A stretch of DNA of 50,845 nucleotides from Candidatus Levyibacteriota bacterium (GCA_016188975.1 JACPGQ010000003.1:1-50845); one strand, 5' to 3'; shown: positions 27,166 through 37,392, counted from the stretch's first letter. The notes: a model not told the origin generated them from the letters alone. Numbers and translations are program-made.

Positions 27166-28439
27166 ATTTTAACGAATCGTTTGATTCGTTTCACCGCTTC
27201 CTCCAACACATCATCCGCTGCAGCAAATGAAAGTCTCACCCACCCCGGATACAAAAATGCTTCACCAGGAACGAGTGCAACGTGTTCTTTTTCCAAAAGC
27301 CCTGTGCACCAATCGCTCGATGTTTTATACTCTTTACCCAAACATTTCGTAACGTTTATAAAAAGGTAAAACGCACCTTCAGGCGGAACAACTGACAATC
27401 TATCAAGATCCGCAACAAAAGCCTTTAGGAGAAATCTCCGGCGTTTCGCAAACGCGTCTGCCATTTTTTTGATACTTCGTTGAGATCCGGTCAATGCTTC
27501 AACTCCAGCATACTGTGCGAGCGATGAAGTATTTGACGTTGTCTGGCTTTGCAAATTAATCATTGCTGAAATAACTTCCTTTGGTCCTCCTGCATACCCT
27601 ATCCTCCACCCTGTCATAGCATACGATTTGGAGAAACCGTTGATGGTAATCGTCCGGGCTTTTATTTCTCTGCCAAATGATGCAATTGAGATATGTTGTA
27701 TTTTTTTTACTTTGTCATCCCGAACTTGACGGGTTACCGTACGGTACCCGTCTTGTTTCGGGATCTCTTTAGATGCTGAATCAAGTTCAGCATGACGGCG
27801 AGTGTCCATATACAAAATCTTCTCATAAATCTCATCAGCAATAATCCACACATTTTTTGCCATGGCAAGTTTTGTGATATTTTTTAATTCCTCCTCTTCA
27901 ATCACTGCTCCAGTTGGATTAGCGGGAGAATTTAAAATAATCGCCTTTGTCTTTTTGGAAATTTTTTTCTCAAGATCTTTTACTGTCAGCTTAAATGGAG
28001 GCTTCATTTTAGCCTCGCAAGGCGTGGCCTTGCAGAGTTTGATCTGTTCAATATAAGTACTCCAGGTTGGTACAGGGACAATAACCTCATCCCCTTCATC
28101 GCACAAAACCATCAATGCGTTGTAAAGCAGCTGCTTGGATCCAACGCCAACGACAATCTCTGATGGATCATACGAGATATGATTTTCTTTTAAAAACTTC
28201 TTTGCAACTTCCTCTCGAAGTTTCGTAATGCCAGCAGTTGTCGTATAATGCGTATGTCCTTTCTGCATCGCTAGTATCGCTGCGTCTTGGATGTTTTTGG
28301 GAGTATCAAAATCCGGCTCACCGAGTGAGAGATTGAGAATTTTCTTTCCTTGTGATTGCAATTTTTTGACAGTCCCGTCAACCGCCAACGTCGCAGAGGG
28401 AGCAAGAGTGCGTACTCGTGCGGATAATTTCGTCTTCAC
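27156..28439 (-). CDS. aspC: Aspartate aminotransferase (PLP class I/II) with an in-frame repeat-derived insert
   Basis: GEPDFDTP, NSPANPTG, DEIY, GFSKSYAMTGWRIG. Confidence 0.88.
   Translation of the reverse strand: MKTKLSARVRTLAPSATLAVDGTVKKLQSQGKKILNLSLGEPDFDTPKNIQDAAILAMQKGHTHYTTTAGITKLREEVAKKFLKENHISYDPSEIVVGVGSKQLLYNALMVLCDEGDEVIVPVPTWSTYIEQIKLCKATPCEAKMKPPFKLTVKDLEKKISKKTKAIILNSPANPTGAVIEEEELKNITKLAMAKNVWIIADEIYEKILYMDTRRHAELDSASKEIPKQDGYRTVTRQVRDDKVKKIQHISIASFGREIKARTITINGFSKSYAMTGWRIGYAGGPKEVISAMINLQSQTTSNTSSLAQYAGVEALTGSQRSIKKMADAFAKRRRFLLKAFVADLDRLSVVPPEGAFYLFINVTKCLGKEYKTSSDWCTGLLEKEHVALVPGEAFLYPGWVRLSFAAADDVLEEAVKRIKRFVKISN
27714..27796. repeat. GTCAT...ATGAC double-hairpin element inside a CDS, carrying a nested palindrome
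   Basis: GTCATCCCGAACTTG[..]TTTCGGGATCT-CTTT-AGATGCTGAATCAAGTTCAGCATGAC. Confidence 0.9.
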
Positions 28440-28485
28440 AAGCTCTTACATTATCGAAACCAAACCTTTTTTGCAAGCAGAAATA

Positions 28486-29332
28486 TTACTCGGAGGAATC
28501 AGTCGTTCCGACGGTGATGACGATGTCATACTCCCCACCATCTGGGAGAGAGGTTACTTCGGTGACGGTGTAGCCTGAGAGAGCTGACTTTAGTTTCTCA
28601 AAAACTGCATCAGAAACATCACTTTTCATTGCGACTTCGGTGTCAGTAAATCCATATTCACTCGCATTACCTGTCGAAGTTTGCGTAAACCCGGCATCAT
28701 TAAGCAAATCCTCTGCGGCTCCTGCTGCACCTGAGACACCTGTCCCATTTAGAACTTGGATATCGTAATCAGCGGGATTGATAGCGACTTCTGTAGGAGA
28801 TGGTTTCGGAACATCTGTGGGAGTCGGTGTCGCAGGCATACAATTAAATGTTTTGCTGAGGCCTCCTCCATCTTGCTGCAAGAAAGAGTCGGGACGAAGA
28901 GACACTTCTTCGGACAACTGCGTATTCCGAAGGATTCTCTGTCGTTATCGCTTCAGCAACATTATGCGCCGTAATCGCATCGGCTGTCTCTGAACTTTCT
29001 TCTGCAGACTCAGAAGTATCGGCGGAAGTTATAGGGGGCGCCTTTTCTACGGACTCGGTAGGTGCCTCGCTCGTTTTGGTTGCTTCCTTCTCTTCTGTGA
29101 CATCAACTGATACGTCTTTGACCTCAACGACGACATGTCTGGGAGAGCGACTGGTCTGCTCATCTGTGATTGGTGGAAGTATTTTTTCCTCCTGTTGTTT
29201 CGCGGCTTCCTGTTCTTCAAGCTTTTTAAGCGCAGCTGCTCGGACTGCCTGCACAGCGGCGCGAACAGGCCTTCCGGTATTTTTGCGCTTTTTAGCGTCA
29301 GGTTTTTTCTTCGACGGAGCAGCTTTTGGCAT
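28486..29332 (-). pseudogene. LytR C-terminal-domain surface protein, frameshifted and apparently lacking its TM segment
   Basis: Split over ORFs 28844-29332 and 28486-28917; IQVLNGTGVSGAAG...DIVITVG LytR_C motif. Confidence 0.7.
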
Positions 29333-29385
29333 ATATCATCAGTATATACCCCTCCGCTTTCAAAATGCAACGATATAATGCCTAA

Positions 29386-29516
29386 CGTAACAGTTCACTC
29401 TTCCGAGCGAAGCGCTACTGCCACGATTTTGTCATTTCGAGTCTTCGACCCGCTTCGCCAAATGCGAATTTACTGTGTCCTTCCGTAGTTTTAACGAAGG
29501 AGGATTTCAGCATGAC
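29386..29516. repeat. 55-bp repeat copy 1 running into a composite GTCAT...ATGAC element
   Basis: 29386-29440 matches 43971-44025 at 53/55; nested CTGTGTCCTTCCGTAG...CGAAGGAGG. Confidence 0.9.
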
Positions 29517-29533
29517 AGGTTTTGAAATGATTT

Positions 29534-30313
29534 CTAGACAGCAACTATCCCCTCTGCAACTTTCTTGCTCGTTTGCACAATTGCATCAAGTGGCGTATCC
29601 GGATCCATACGAAACGTCTCAAGGACCATCGATTCGATCGTATGCGGGAGCTGACGACGGAGCTTGTTGATTGTCTCCTCCTGCCCACCTATCAGGATAA
29701 ACTCTGTCTCATATCTTCTGACCGCCTCATCCAAAGCAGCGACAATGACGTGCAAATGCCTATGGAGATGGTCTTCAATATGACGGTATATCTTATTCGG
29801 GCGTCCGTAGAAATCCCTTTCATTTGCTCTCACATTCTGCGGGACGTTTCCGTCTGAGACAACAATTTTCTCCTCTACCTCTCCAAGGTGAATGACAAAG
29901 ATAACTGCTTTTTTCCGATCAACGAGCACAACCAGATACGGACGGTACAAAGAAACCGCCTTGCTGATAGGAGTCAAATACGGTGAATATGACACAACAC
30001 AAAGAGACGGAAGATAAAATTCAAACGAGAGAATCTCAAAGAGTTTTTCAGAATCAGTAAAAAGGACAACTGTCCGCCTGCTATGCGTGTCGTACTCCTC
30101 ACGAAGAAAAGCATCAAATGTTGCAATTGCTCTGGCAAAATATTTTCTTTCTTCAGCACTTAGAGACGAGTGGACTAGTGAGTGAAGTCTTGTGAGGAGG
30201 AGTCTGGGGTGGGGTGTATGTTTCTCCGCTTCTCCAAGATAAATACTAAGCACTTTTTTTGTTTTCGGAAGGGTCGTGAGTTTTGCTATTTTTGCATTGA
30301 TATCTTGTTGCAT
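29534..30313 (-). CDS. baeRF (eRF1-related)/host-attachment family protein
   Basis: VLSIYL, YLVVLVDRKKA, YRHIEDHLHRHL and ILIGG pattern. Confidence 0.7.
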   Translation of the reverse strand: MQQDINAKIAKLTTLPKTKKVLSIYLGEAEKHTPHPRLLLTRLHSLVHSSLSAEERKYFARAIATFDAFLREEYDTHSRRTVVLFTDSEKLFEILSFEFYLPSLCVVSYSPYLTPISKAVSLYRPYLVVLVDRKKAVIFVIHLGEVEEKIVVSDGNVPQNVRANERDFYGRPNKIYRHIEDHLHRHLHVIVAALDEAVRRYETEFILIGGQEETINKLRRQLPHTIESMVLETFRMDPDTPLDAIVQTSKKVAEGIVAV

Positions 30314-30708
30314 AATCTTTATTCAAAAAGTTTCTTTACTTTCTCTAGTACTGTATTTCATTGATGTCCCAGGTTGATGAATTGATTTTAGGTTGATAGA
30401 ACAACTAACATGGCAAGATACACCTAGGAAAATTAACGAAATACAGTACTAGGTTGCGTTCCAAATAGTATTTCCCGACTGATGAGAGACGAAGATGCTT
30501 AAAAGAAAGTGTACATTTCATAGTCTTAACTCAGTAATAAGTCCTGGTACGTTTTCGCAACCCTAAGAGACACGTGCACTAAAAAGTGTCAAACCAATAC
30601 GTACAGCATGTACGAAATCTTTGTACCACTGACACAGAAACAGGAGAAAGTCGATAATCATAATGCTCCTACCACACAACAAGAATAAACGAGTTTGCGA
30701 AAACACTC

Positions 30709-30724
30709 AGTGACCACTGTCACA
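30709..30724. promoter_or_regulatory. CRP/FNR-type binding site
   Basis: AGTGA-N6-TCACA, 9/10 match to TGTGA-N6-TCACA, upstream of the CRP-family gene. Confidence 0.7.
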
Positions 30725-30770
30725 ATTAGAAAGTGCCGAACCCTCGTGCTATACTTACATCGAGAAACGT

Positions 30771-31433
30771 ATGGATAGAGCCGTAGCAAAAAAGCTTGAC
30801 TTGTTTTTTTCCCATGGCACGCTCCTTTCCTTCCGTAAAGGAGATTTTCTACTTCGCGCGACTGACTCCGTAAGCGCCATCTTTTTTTTGAAAAAGGGAC
30901 ACGTTCGCCTGTTTATCGACACCGAAGACGGCCAGGACCTCACGCTTCACCTTTTCAAACCAGGGTCCTATTTTCCAGTGATGCTGCTTCTGAGCCGTGT
31001 ACCGAATACATACAATCTTGAGGCAATCGAGAGTGTTGACGTATGGAGGGTGCATTCGGAAAACGTGTTGGATTTTCTCCATGAAAATCCCGATGTTCTC
31101 TATGACCTAACGGTCCGGCTCGCACAGGGCATTACCGGACTTCTTGAAAAAATTGAAAAGGCGACTTTTTCATCAGCGTATGAAAAAATCATATCCATCC
31201 TCCTCTACTTGGTGGAAAAATACGGAGAAAAAAACGAGGATAAAAGACTTCTGACTATCTCGTTAAAACTTACCCACAACGATCTGGCATCATGGACTGG
31301 TATGCAACGGGAGACAGTAAGCAGACAACTTGAAAAACTCATGCACAAAGGCATCATTTACGACCACGGCAACATAATATCACTTGATAGAACAATGCTT
31401 CAGGAAGAATACGAAACTGTAAAAATCAAATAG
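30771..31433 (+). CDS. CRP/FNR family transcriptional regulator
   Basis: cNMP-binding domain plus LTHNDLASWTGMQRETVSR HTH. Confidence 0.93.
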   Translation: MDRAVAKKLDLFFSHGTLLSFRKGDFLLRATDSVSAIFFLKKGHVRLFIDTEDGQDLTLHLFKPGSYFPVMLLLSRVPNTYNLEAIESVDVWRVHSENVLDFLHENPDVLYDLTVRLAQGITGLLEKIEKATFSSAYEKIISILLYLVEKYGEKNEDKRLLTISLKLTHNDLASWTGMQRETVSRQLEKLMHKGIIYDHGNIISLDRTMLQEEYETVKIK

Positions 31434-31585
31434 CTTTTTCAAGCCGTAGAGAGTTGTACAGGTGGTATTTCTGCTGGAGAAGTGCTCCCATCCCCAAAAG
31501 CATCACCAAGAATCCGACAATCCATCCGATAACCGGAATAAAGGTTACAACGTAATACGCAAGTAATCCAATAAAAAGACCAGTG
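31426..31585 (-). pseudogene. Orphan C-terminal fragment of a polytopic membrane protein
   Basis: IPVIGWIVGFLVMLLGMGALL hairpin with no room for an N-terminal part; abuts the response-regulator stop. Confidence 0.5.
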
Positions 31586-31981
31586 CTACGAAGCGGGTTG
31601 AGGATTCTCACTGAGACTGAGGACTTCTTTTATTTTGTCAGAGACATCTTGCGGAGTAGAATTGGCTTTAAAGAGATAGTAGGCGGGTTTGAGCTCCATC
31701 ACCTGCTGCAGCATCCGTTCATTCGGATCCATAATGGTGAGGATAATCACTGGAACATTTTGCCCCCATGCATCTTTACGAAGTTCAGTAAGCATCGACA
31801 TGCCATCCATTTTCGGCATGGCAATATCAAGAAGAATGAGCGACGGCTTCTTGGAGATTGCCTTTTGTAATCCCTCTTCCCCATCATGGGCAAGAGATAC
31901 GTCAAAACCATCCAGCTGCAACTGGTCCTGATACATTATTGCCAACGTCAGGTCATCCTCAACAAGCAAAATCGAATTCAT
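31586..31981 (-). CDS. Single-domain response regulator
   Basis: LLVEDD, LLDIAMPKMDG. Confidence 0.92.
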   Translation of the reverse strand: MNSILLVEDDLTLAIMYQDQLQLDGFDVSLAHDGEEGLQKAISKKPSLILLDIAMPKMDGMSMLTELRKDAWGQNVPVIILTIMDPNERMLQQVMELKPAYYLFKANSTPQDVSDKIKEVLSLSENPQPAS

Positions 31982-32012
31982 ATGTCTACCCTACCCTATG
32001 TTATTCGTATTG

Positions 32013-34088
32013 TCAACTGGATGGGTGCTTTGCCGTTTGCTCGTCAACAAGTGAAGCGTTGCTCATCTGCATAACGAGTCTCTGCCTGACATCAAACGCG
32101 AGACGAGTTCCAGATTTGGGCAAAGACAGGGCAAAAGTAGATCCCTTTCCCTCCTCCGACGCAACAACCCACACGTCTCCACCCATGGCTTTTGCGTATT
32201 CACGCGAGATGTAGAGCCCAAGACCTGTTCCAGCGGGGCGGCCAGCCTGTTGTGAGCTCACCTGCTGAAACTTTCTGAACAATCGCTCCTGATTTATACA
32301 CGAAATACCAACGCCAGTATCTGAAACGAAAATGATCATTCTCTCGCCTTTTTCTTCTGAGTGAAGCACAATTTCTCCCGTATCAGTAAACTTCAAGGCA
32401 TTTCCAATCAGATTGGTTAGGATTTGTCCGAGCTTTTGCGGATCAGCTTGCACAGAAACATCTTTGTCAATCTGGTCAGAAAGCGCTACGTGTTTTTCAT
32501 GAATAATCGGCTTGAGGCTTAGGACAATATCCTCAACGACGCTTCGCAGCGGAAAAACGCTTAGTGTCATCTTTAGTCGCTTTGTCTCTATACGAGAAAC
32601 GCTCAGGATGTCATTGACGAGTTCAATCAATCGTTCTGTCGCCATTGCGACCGTCACTAAGGGTTTACGAAGTGGCTCATTCACAACACCGTATTTTCCA
32701 TTCAAAAGCATGGAAAGGTACCCCTTGACAGCAGTCATCGGCGTCCGAAGCTCATGAGATGCCACGGTGATAAACTCATCCTTCATACGATCAAGTTCCT
32801 TCTCGCGGGTTACATCACGGACAACAACGATAATTCCTTGGGGGTTTCCTTTTTTATCATTAAGAAGTGATGCACTTGTCGAGGCAATAAATCGCGAACC
32901 GTCGCGCCTGACAATTGTGTACTCGACACCAGTGAGACGCTTCACCCGGGCGAGCTTAGCAAGGTTTTCCCGTGTACGCTCATGGTCTTCTTTCGCAATA
33001 AACGCGAACGCATCCTTTCCGAGAATATCAGATGGAGAATTCAGCTCCACCATATTCACAGCCTGCTTGTTCACCATCGTTATCTTTGTCTGAAGATCCA
33101 TGACCACTATGGCATCTGGAGATGTATCAACAAGCGTCCGGTAACGATCTTCACTTTTCTGCGCTGATTCTTCGGCCTGTCTTTGCTGAATGACTGCGGC
33201 AGCAAGCATGAGTATCGTTACCGCAAGAGTGTTCATGTATGCCTGCAAAAGAAAAAGGGATGCATTCACCGACGCTCCCTTTGCAAATGGCCCAAAACCA
33301 TTGAGCGTTCCCCATATCGCAATCTCAGAAAGCAAGAAGAGCGCAGTTGCTGTTTCACGCTTGTTGAATCGAAACGCACACCAGAGAAGATAAGGAAGAA
33401 CAAGAAACTCAACCGAGTAATTCCCATTCGAGACAGTTGAAAATCCGCCAAATATCACAAGAGATACAAGAAACAGCAATAAGAAGACAAGAAATATCTC
33501 CATCACATGGGTGATCTTAAGGTTAAGCGTTCTTTTATTGAACCAAGAAATAATAAGTGGAGCGACGATGATTGCCCCACCCATATCGCCTAACCACCAG
33601 GTGAAAAAGAGTGGTCTAAAGTTTTCCCAACTCGCAAAACCGGTAAGCGTGAGGCTGAAAACACCACATAGCGCACTAACTGCTGTACTGATTATCCCGG
33701 CAAAAAGAACGAAACGGAAAAGATCCTGAGGCCGATCCAAACAATTACGGCCATTTGCAAACCTTTCGATAAGCCAAACCGCAATAAACGCTTCAAGCGT
33801 GTTTCCCGTTGCGATACCGAGGGTTGTCAACAAACTCCCTTCATTGGTTATGTTCACAAGAAACGCGCCGATAAAAATTGCAGGCCAGAGCTTTCGTCCT
33901 AATAAGAGAAGCGTCGCAATAGCTATTCCTGTAGGTAACCAAACAACTGAAACGCTAGGATGGACGAAGGCAAGAACTAACCCAATCTTCCCGGCGATAA
34001 AATAAATCGCACTAATAAATAGTATCGCTATAGGGATTTTCAGTTTGCTCAGAAATCCGTACATCTTCTCTACCGTAGCATATGTCAC
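32013..34088 (-). CDS. MASE1-PAS sensor histidine kinase
   Basis: WLPTGIA/WWLGD MASE1 region, PAS, SHELRTP, NALKFT, DTGVGI, GTGLGL. Confidence 0.93.
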   Translation of the reverse strand: MTYATVEKMYGFLSKLKIPIAILFISAIYFIAGKIGLVLAFVHPSVSVVWLPTGIAIATLLLLGRKLWPAIFIGAFLVNITNEGSLLTTLGIATGNTLEAFIAVWLIERFANGRNCLDRPQDLFRFVLFAGIISTAVSALCGVFSLTLTGFASWENFRPLFFTWWLGDMGGAIIVAPLIISWFNKRTLNLKITHVMEIFLVFLLLFLVSLVIFGGFSTVSNGNYSVEFLVLPYLLWCAFRFNKRETATALFLLSEIAIWGTLNGFGPFAKGASVNASLFLLQAYMNTLAVTILMLAAAVIQQRQAEESAQKSEDRYRTLVDTSPDAIVVMDLQTKITMVNKQAVNMVELNSPSDILGKDAFAFIAKEDHERTRENLAKLARVKRLTGVEYTIVRRDGSRFIASTSASLLNDKKGNPQGIIVVVRDVTREKELDRMKDEFITVASHELRTPMTAVKGYLSMLLNGKYGVVNEPLRKPLVTVAMATERLIELVNDILSVSRIETKRLKMTLSVFPLRSVVEDIVLSLKPIIHEKHVALSDQIDKDVSVQADPQKLGQILTNLIGNALKFTDTGEIVLHSEEKGERMIIFVSDTGVGISCINQERLFRKFQQVSSQQAGRPAGTGLGLYISREYAKAMGGDVWVVASEEGKGSTFALSLPKSGTRLAFDVRQRLVMQMSNASLVDEQTAKHPSS

Positions 34089-34173
34089 GTTGCTTACTCA
34101 AGGAGGTTACCCTCCATCCACTTAGCATTCTCCGATTACGAGTGCTTGACGTATCTGGTATAATAGTGAATAC

Positions 34174-35016
34174 ATGGGAAACATGCTCAAAACATTTTTG
34201 CTTCTGGGTGTCCTCAGTGTCCTTCTCGTTACACTTGGTGGATTTTTTGGCGGACAAAATGGCATTATGACAGCCTTTTTCTTCTCAATGGTCATGAATG
34301 TGGGAATGTATTTTTTTTCGGATAAACTCGCCCTCTCCATGAGTGGAGCAAAACCATTACCTCAGGGAAAATATCCCAAACTCTTTGCCATGGTACAAGA
34401 CATCACAAGACGTATGAGTATGCCAATGCCCAAACTCTACATAACTCCCTCACCTCAAGCAAATGCATTCGCCACAGGACGCGGACCAGGCCATGCATCA
34501 GTAGCTGTGACTGAAGGAATTCTCCAAACGCTTCCAGACGACGAACTCAAAGGAGTCTTGGCTCACGAGCTGGCTCATGTCAAAAACCGTGACATTCTCG
34601 TAGCGTCAATAGCAGCGGTTTTAGCAAGCGCGATCTCATTTATCGGCAACATGGCAATGTGGGGAGGACTTTCAGGTGGACGGGACGATGAGGACACTAA
34701 AGATGCGGGAGCAGTGGGTATCTTAGCAGCTATTCTTCTACCAATTGCAGCGTCTCTCGTGCAATTAGCGATCTCTCGTCAGCGTGAGTTTGGAGCCGAT
34801 GAATCTGGAGCTAGAACACTGGGTGATGGTGATCCTCTCGCACGCGCTCTCGTAACGATCCATAATTCCACAAAAAAAAGCCCAATGCGTATCAACCCTG
34901 CATTCTCCTCACTCTACATCGAAAATCCTACAGGAGGACTTGGCGGAACGCTTATAAACCTCTTCTCCACCCACCCGCCAGTTGAGGAACGGGTGAAGCG
35001 ACTCGAAAAGATTTAA
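34174..35016 (+). CDS. htpX: Zinc metalloprotease HtpX
   Basis: NAFATG, HELAH, SRQRE-AD, THPP. Confidence 0.93.
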   Translation: MGNMLKTFLLLGVLSVLLVTLGGFFGGQNGIMTAFFFSMVMNVGMYFFSDKLALSMSGAKPLPQGKYPKLFAMVQDITRRMSMPMPKLYITPSPQANAFATGRGPGHASVAVTEGILQTLPDDELKGVLAHELAHVKNRDILVASIAAVLASAISFIGNMAMWGGLSGGRDDEDTKDAGAVGILAAILLPIAASLVQLAISRQREFGADESGARTLGDGDPLARALVTIHNSTKKSPMRINPAFSSLYIENPTGGLGGTLINLFSTHPPVEERVKRLEKI

Positions 35017-35158
35017 TCCACAGGTCAATCACCATCAATTTGCAATTGAAGTTCCGCTTAGTTCCGCGTGTAGTTCAGCAAGTTCGGCTTTAAGCGCCTG
35101 CAACGCTTCTTACTTCTCTTTTACACGCTCTTCATTGATTGGGTATACTACGTAGTAT

Positions 35159-37375
35159 ATGGTAGAACGAGTACGCCAGTTTTTTCTTACGTTCTTCCAT
35201 CATCCTAAAAAACGAATGGAGCTTATTAAAAAGCTATCGAAAGAGCTGTGGCTCATCGGAAAAAAGCCGCTTTTGCTGCTTCTGCTTGGGCTATTTATTC
35301 TGCTCCTCCTCACTCCAGTTGCAACGTACTTCTATTTTATAAGGGATCTTGGAAGCAAAGAACGAATCATGAATCGCAACAACGAAGGGGTTGTGCTTCT
35401 TGACCGCACCGACAAACCTTTTTTTACGTTTTATGAAGCCAAAACAAACAATACAATTCCCTTTGGGGAGATTCCACAATCAGTCAAAAACGCTGTCGTT
35501 TCAGTCGAGGACAAAGATTTTTACCGCCATGCCGGCATCTCTCCAACAAGCGTTATTCGCGCTGCACTTGCCGATATCAGAAACCAGGAAATCACACAGG
35601 GTGGCTCCACAATCACCCAGCAGCTTATTAAAAACGCACTTTTAAGTCCTGAGAAAACGTTTCTTCGTAAGTACCAAGAGGCAGTTCTTGCTCTTGAAGT
35701 AGACCGCAGGTATAGCAAAAACGATATTCTGGAGATGTATCTCAATACTGTTTACTTCGGAGAGGGAGCTTTTGGAATTGAAGACGCTGCAAAAGCGTAT
35801 TTCGGCAAATCTGCATCAGAGTTGACACTTGGAGAAAGCGCGCTTCTTTGTGGAATTTTACCGGCTCCATCAGCACTTTCCCCAATCTCTGGTGATGCTG
35901 AAGCTGCATTTCGAAGACAACAAAGAGTCCTGGGTCAAATGGTTGACCAAGGATACATAAGCGCCGAGGAAGCGGATGCCGCAAAAGAAGAAGAAATCGC
36001 CTTAAATCCCCAAGGAAAAGAGCTAAATGTCAAAGCGCCTCATTTCGCGCTTATGGTAAAAGATGAACTCGTAAAAAAATACGGTGAGCAGCGTGTCGCA
36101 CGATCAGGTTTCATCGTCAAGACGACACTTGACCTGACAAATCAAGAATACACCGAACAAGTTGTCAAAAACCAGGTTGCTCGGCTTCGTGTGAATAAAG
36201 CCACCAACGGTGCTGTCGTCGTCATGGATCCAAAAACCGGGGAAATTCTTTCACTAGTCGGGAGTCATGACTGGTTTGACGAGGAAAACGGCAAAATCAA
36301 TATGACCATCCGTCCGCGCCAACCCGGATCGTCATTTAAGCCAATCATGTATGCTGACGGATTGCGAAGACGCCTTATAACACCAGCGACAGTCCTTGAT
36401 GACAAGCCTATCACCTTCAAAGGCGGCTACAAGCCAAAAAACTACGACGGGAAATTCCGTGACCATGTCCTCGTACGCTACGCGCTCGCAAATTCCCTAA
36501 ATATTCCATCTCTTCATGTCATGGAGCGAGTGGGGGTCAAAAATGGCGTTGAATTTGCAAGACGGCTTGGCTTAACGACACTCGATCCTGATCAGGATTA
36601 TGGCCTCGCACTTGTCCTCGGCGCTGGTGAAGTCTCACTACTGCAGATGACAGATGCATTTGGCGTTTTTGCGAGTCAGGGATATCTTGTTACGCCGACG
36701 ACAATAATTGAGGTTAGGGATAAAAACAAACATGTAATATTTACTAATAAACCAAAAAAAGAATTTGTCCTCGATCAAGGGGTTGCATTCCTCATCTCCT
36801 CAATTCTCTCAGACAACGAAGCCCGCAAAGATACGTTTGGCAATGCGCTGACAATCTCTCGTCCGGCTGCTGTAAAAACAGGTACGACAGAAGATTACAG
36901 AGACGCACTCACCATAGGCTACACACCCAATCTCGTCGTCGGCGTGTGGGTCGGCAATAACGACAATACGCCTATGGATAGTGTTGCAGGATCCCTCGGT
37001 GCTGCACCTATCTGGCGGCTTGTCATGCAAAAATTTTTCCAAACACTTCCGAATGAGCCATTTGCCAAACCAATAACAGTCATTCGTCAAGAAGTATGTA
37101 AAGAAGACGGCAAGAAGGCTGAGGCAGCAACAAGCAGCGCATATCCTGAATTTTTCCTCTCAGGGACTGTACCAAAAGACGTATGTTTTGAGGGAACTCC
37201 CACCGGCGAACCGACACCCTCAGACGAACCAACACCGACCAATACTACCGAACCGACTCAGACGCCACAACCTGAGCAACCAACACCTACAAATGCCCTC
37301 CCAACCACAACGGCAATGCCAACCCCAACTGAATTTATTGCTCTCCCTACCCTCACCCCGCTCCCGACGCTCTAA
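35159..37375 (+). CDS. Class A penicillin-binding protein (1A family)
   Basis: EDKDF, GGSTITQQL, RKYQE; S-x-x-K (SSFK), SLN, KTGT; Pro/Thr tail. Confidence 0.95.
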   Translation: MVERVRQFFLTFFHHPKKRMELIKKLSKELWLIGKKPLLLLLLGLFILLLLTPVATYFYFIRDLGSKERIMNRNNEGVVLLDRTDKPFFTFYEAKTNNTIPFGEIPQSVKNAVVSVEDKDFYRHAGISPTSVIRAALADIRNQEITQGGSTITQQLIKNALLSPEKTFLRKYQEAVLALEVDRRYSKNDILEMYLNTVYFGEGAFGIEDAAKAYFGKSASELTLGESALLCGILPAPSALSPISGDAEAAFRRQQRVLGQMVDQGYISAEEADAAKEEEIALNPQGKELNVKAPHFALMVKDELVKKYGEQRVARSGFIVKTTLDLTNQEYTEQVVKNQVARLRVNKATNGAVVVMDPKTGEILSLVGSHDWFDEENGKINMTIRPRQPGSSFKPIMYADGLRRRLITPATVLDDKPITFKGGYKPKNYDGKFRDHVLVRYALANSLNIPSLHVMERVGVKNGVEFARRLGLTTLDPDQDYGLALVLGAGEVSLLQMTDAFGVFASQGYLVTPTTIIEVRDKNKHVIFTNKPKKEFVLDQGVAFLISSILSDNEARKDTFGNALTISRPAAVKTGTTEDYRDALTIGYTPNLVVGVWVGNNDNTPMDSVAGSLGAAPIWRLVMQKFFQTLPNEPFAKPITVIRQEVCKEDGKKAEAATSSAYPEFFLSGTVPKDVCFEGTPTGEPTPSDEPTPTNTTEPTQTPQPEQPTPTNALPTTTAMPTPTEFIALPTLTPLPTL

Positions 37376-37392
37376 TTGTCAAAAGGAAATGT

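Noticed and set aside
30320..30560. Possible decayed gene between the baeRF-like and CRP genes
   Set aside because: Only short ORFs with no recognisable homology.
35049..35090. AGTTCCGC-like short tandem repeats
   Set aside because: Four degenerate units only; too little to assign a function.
37190..37375. Pro/Thr repeats at the PBP C-terminus
   Set aside because: Ordinary low-complexity linker coding sequence.
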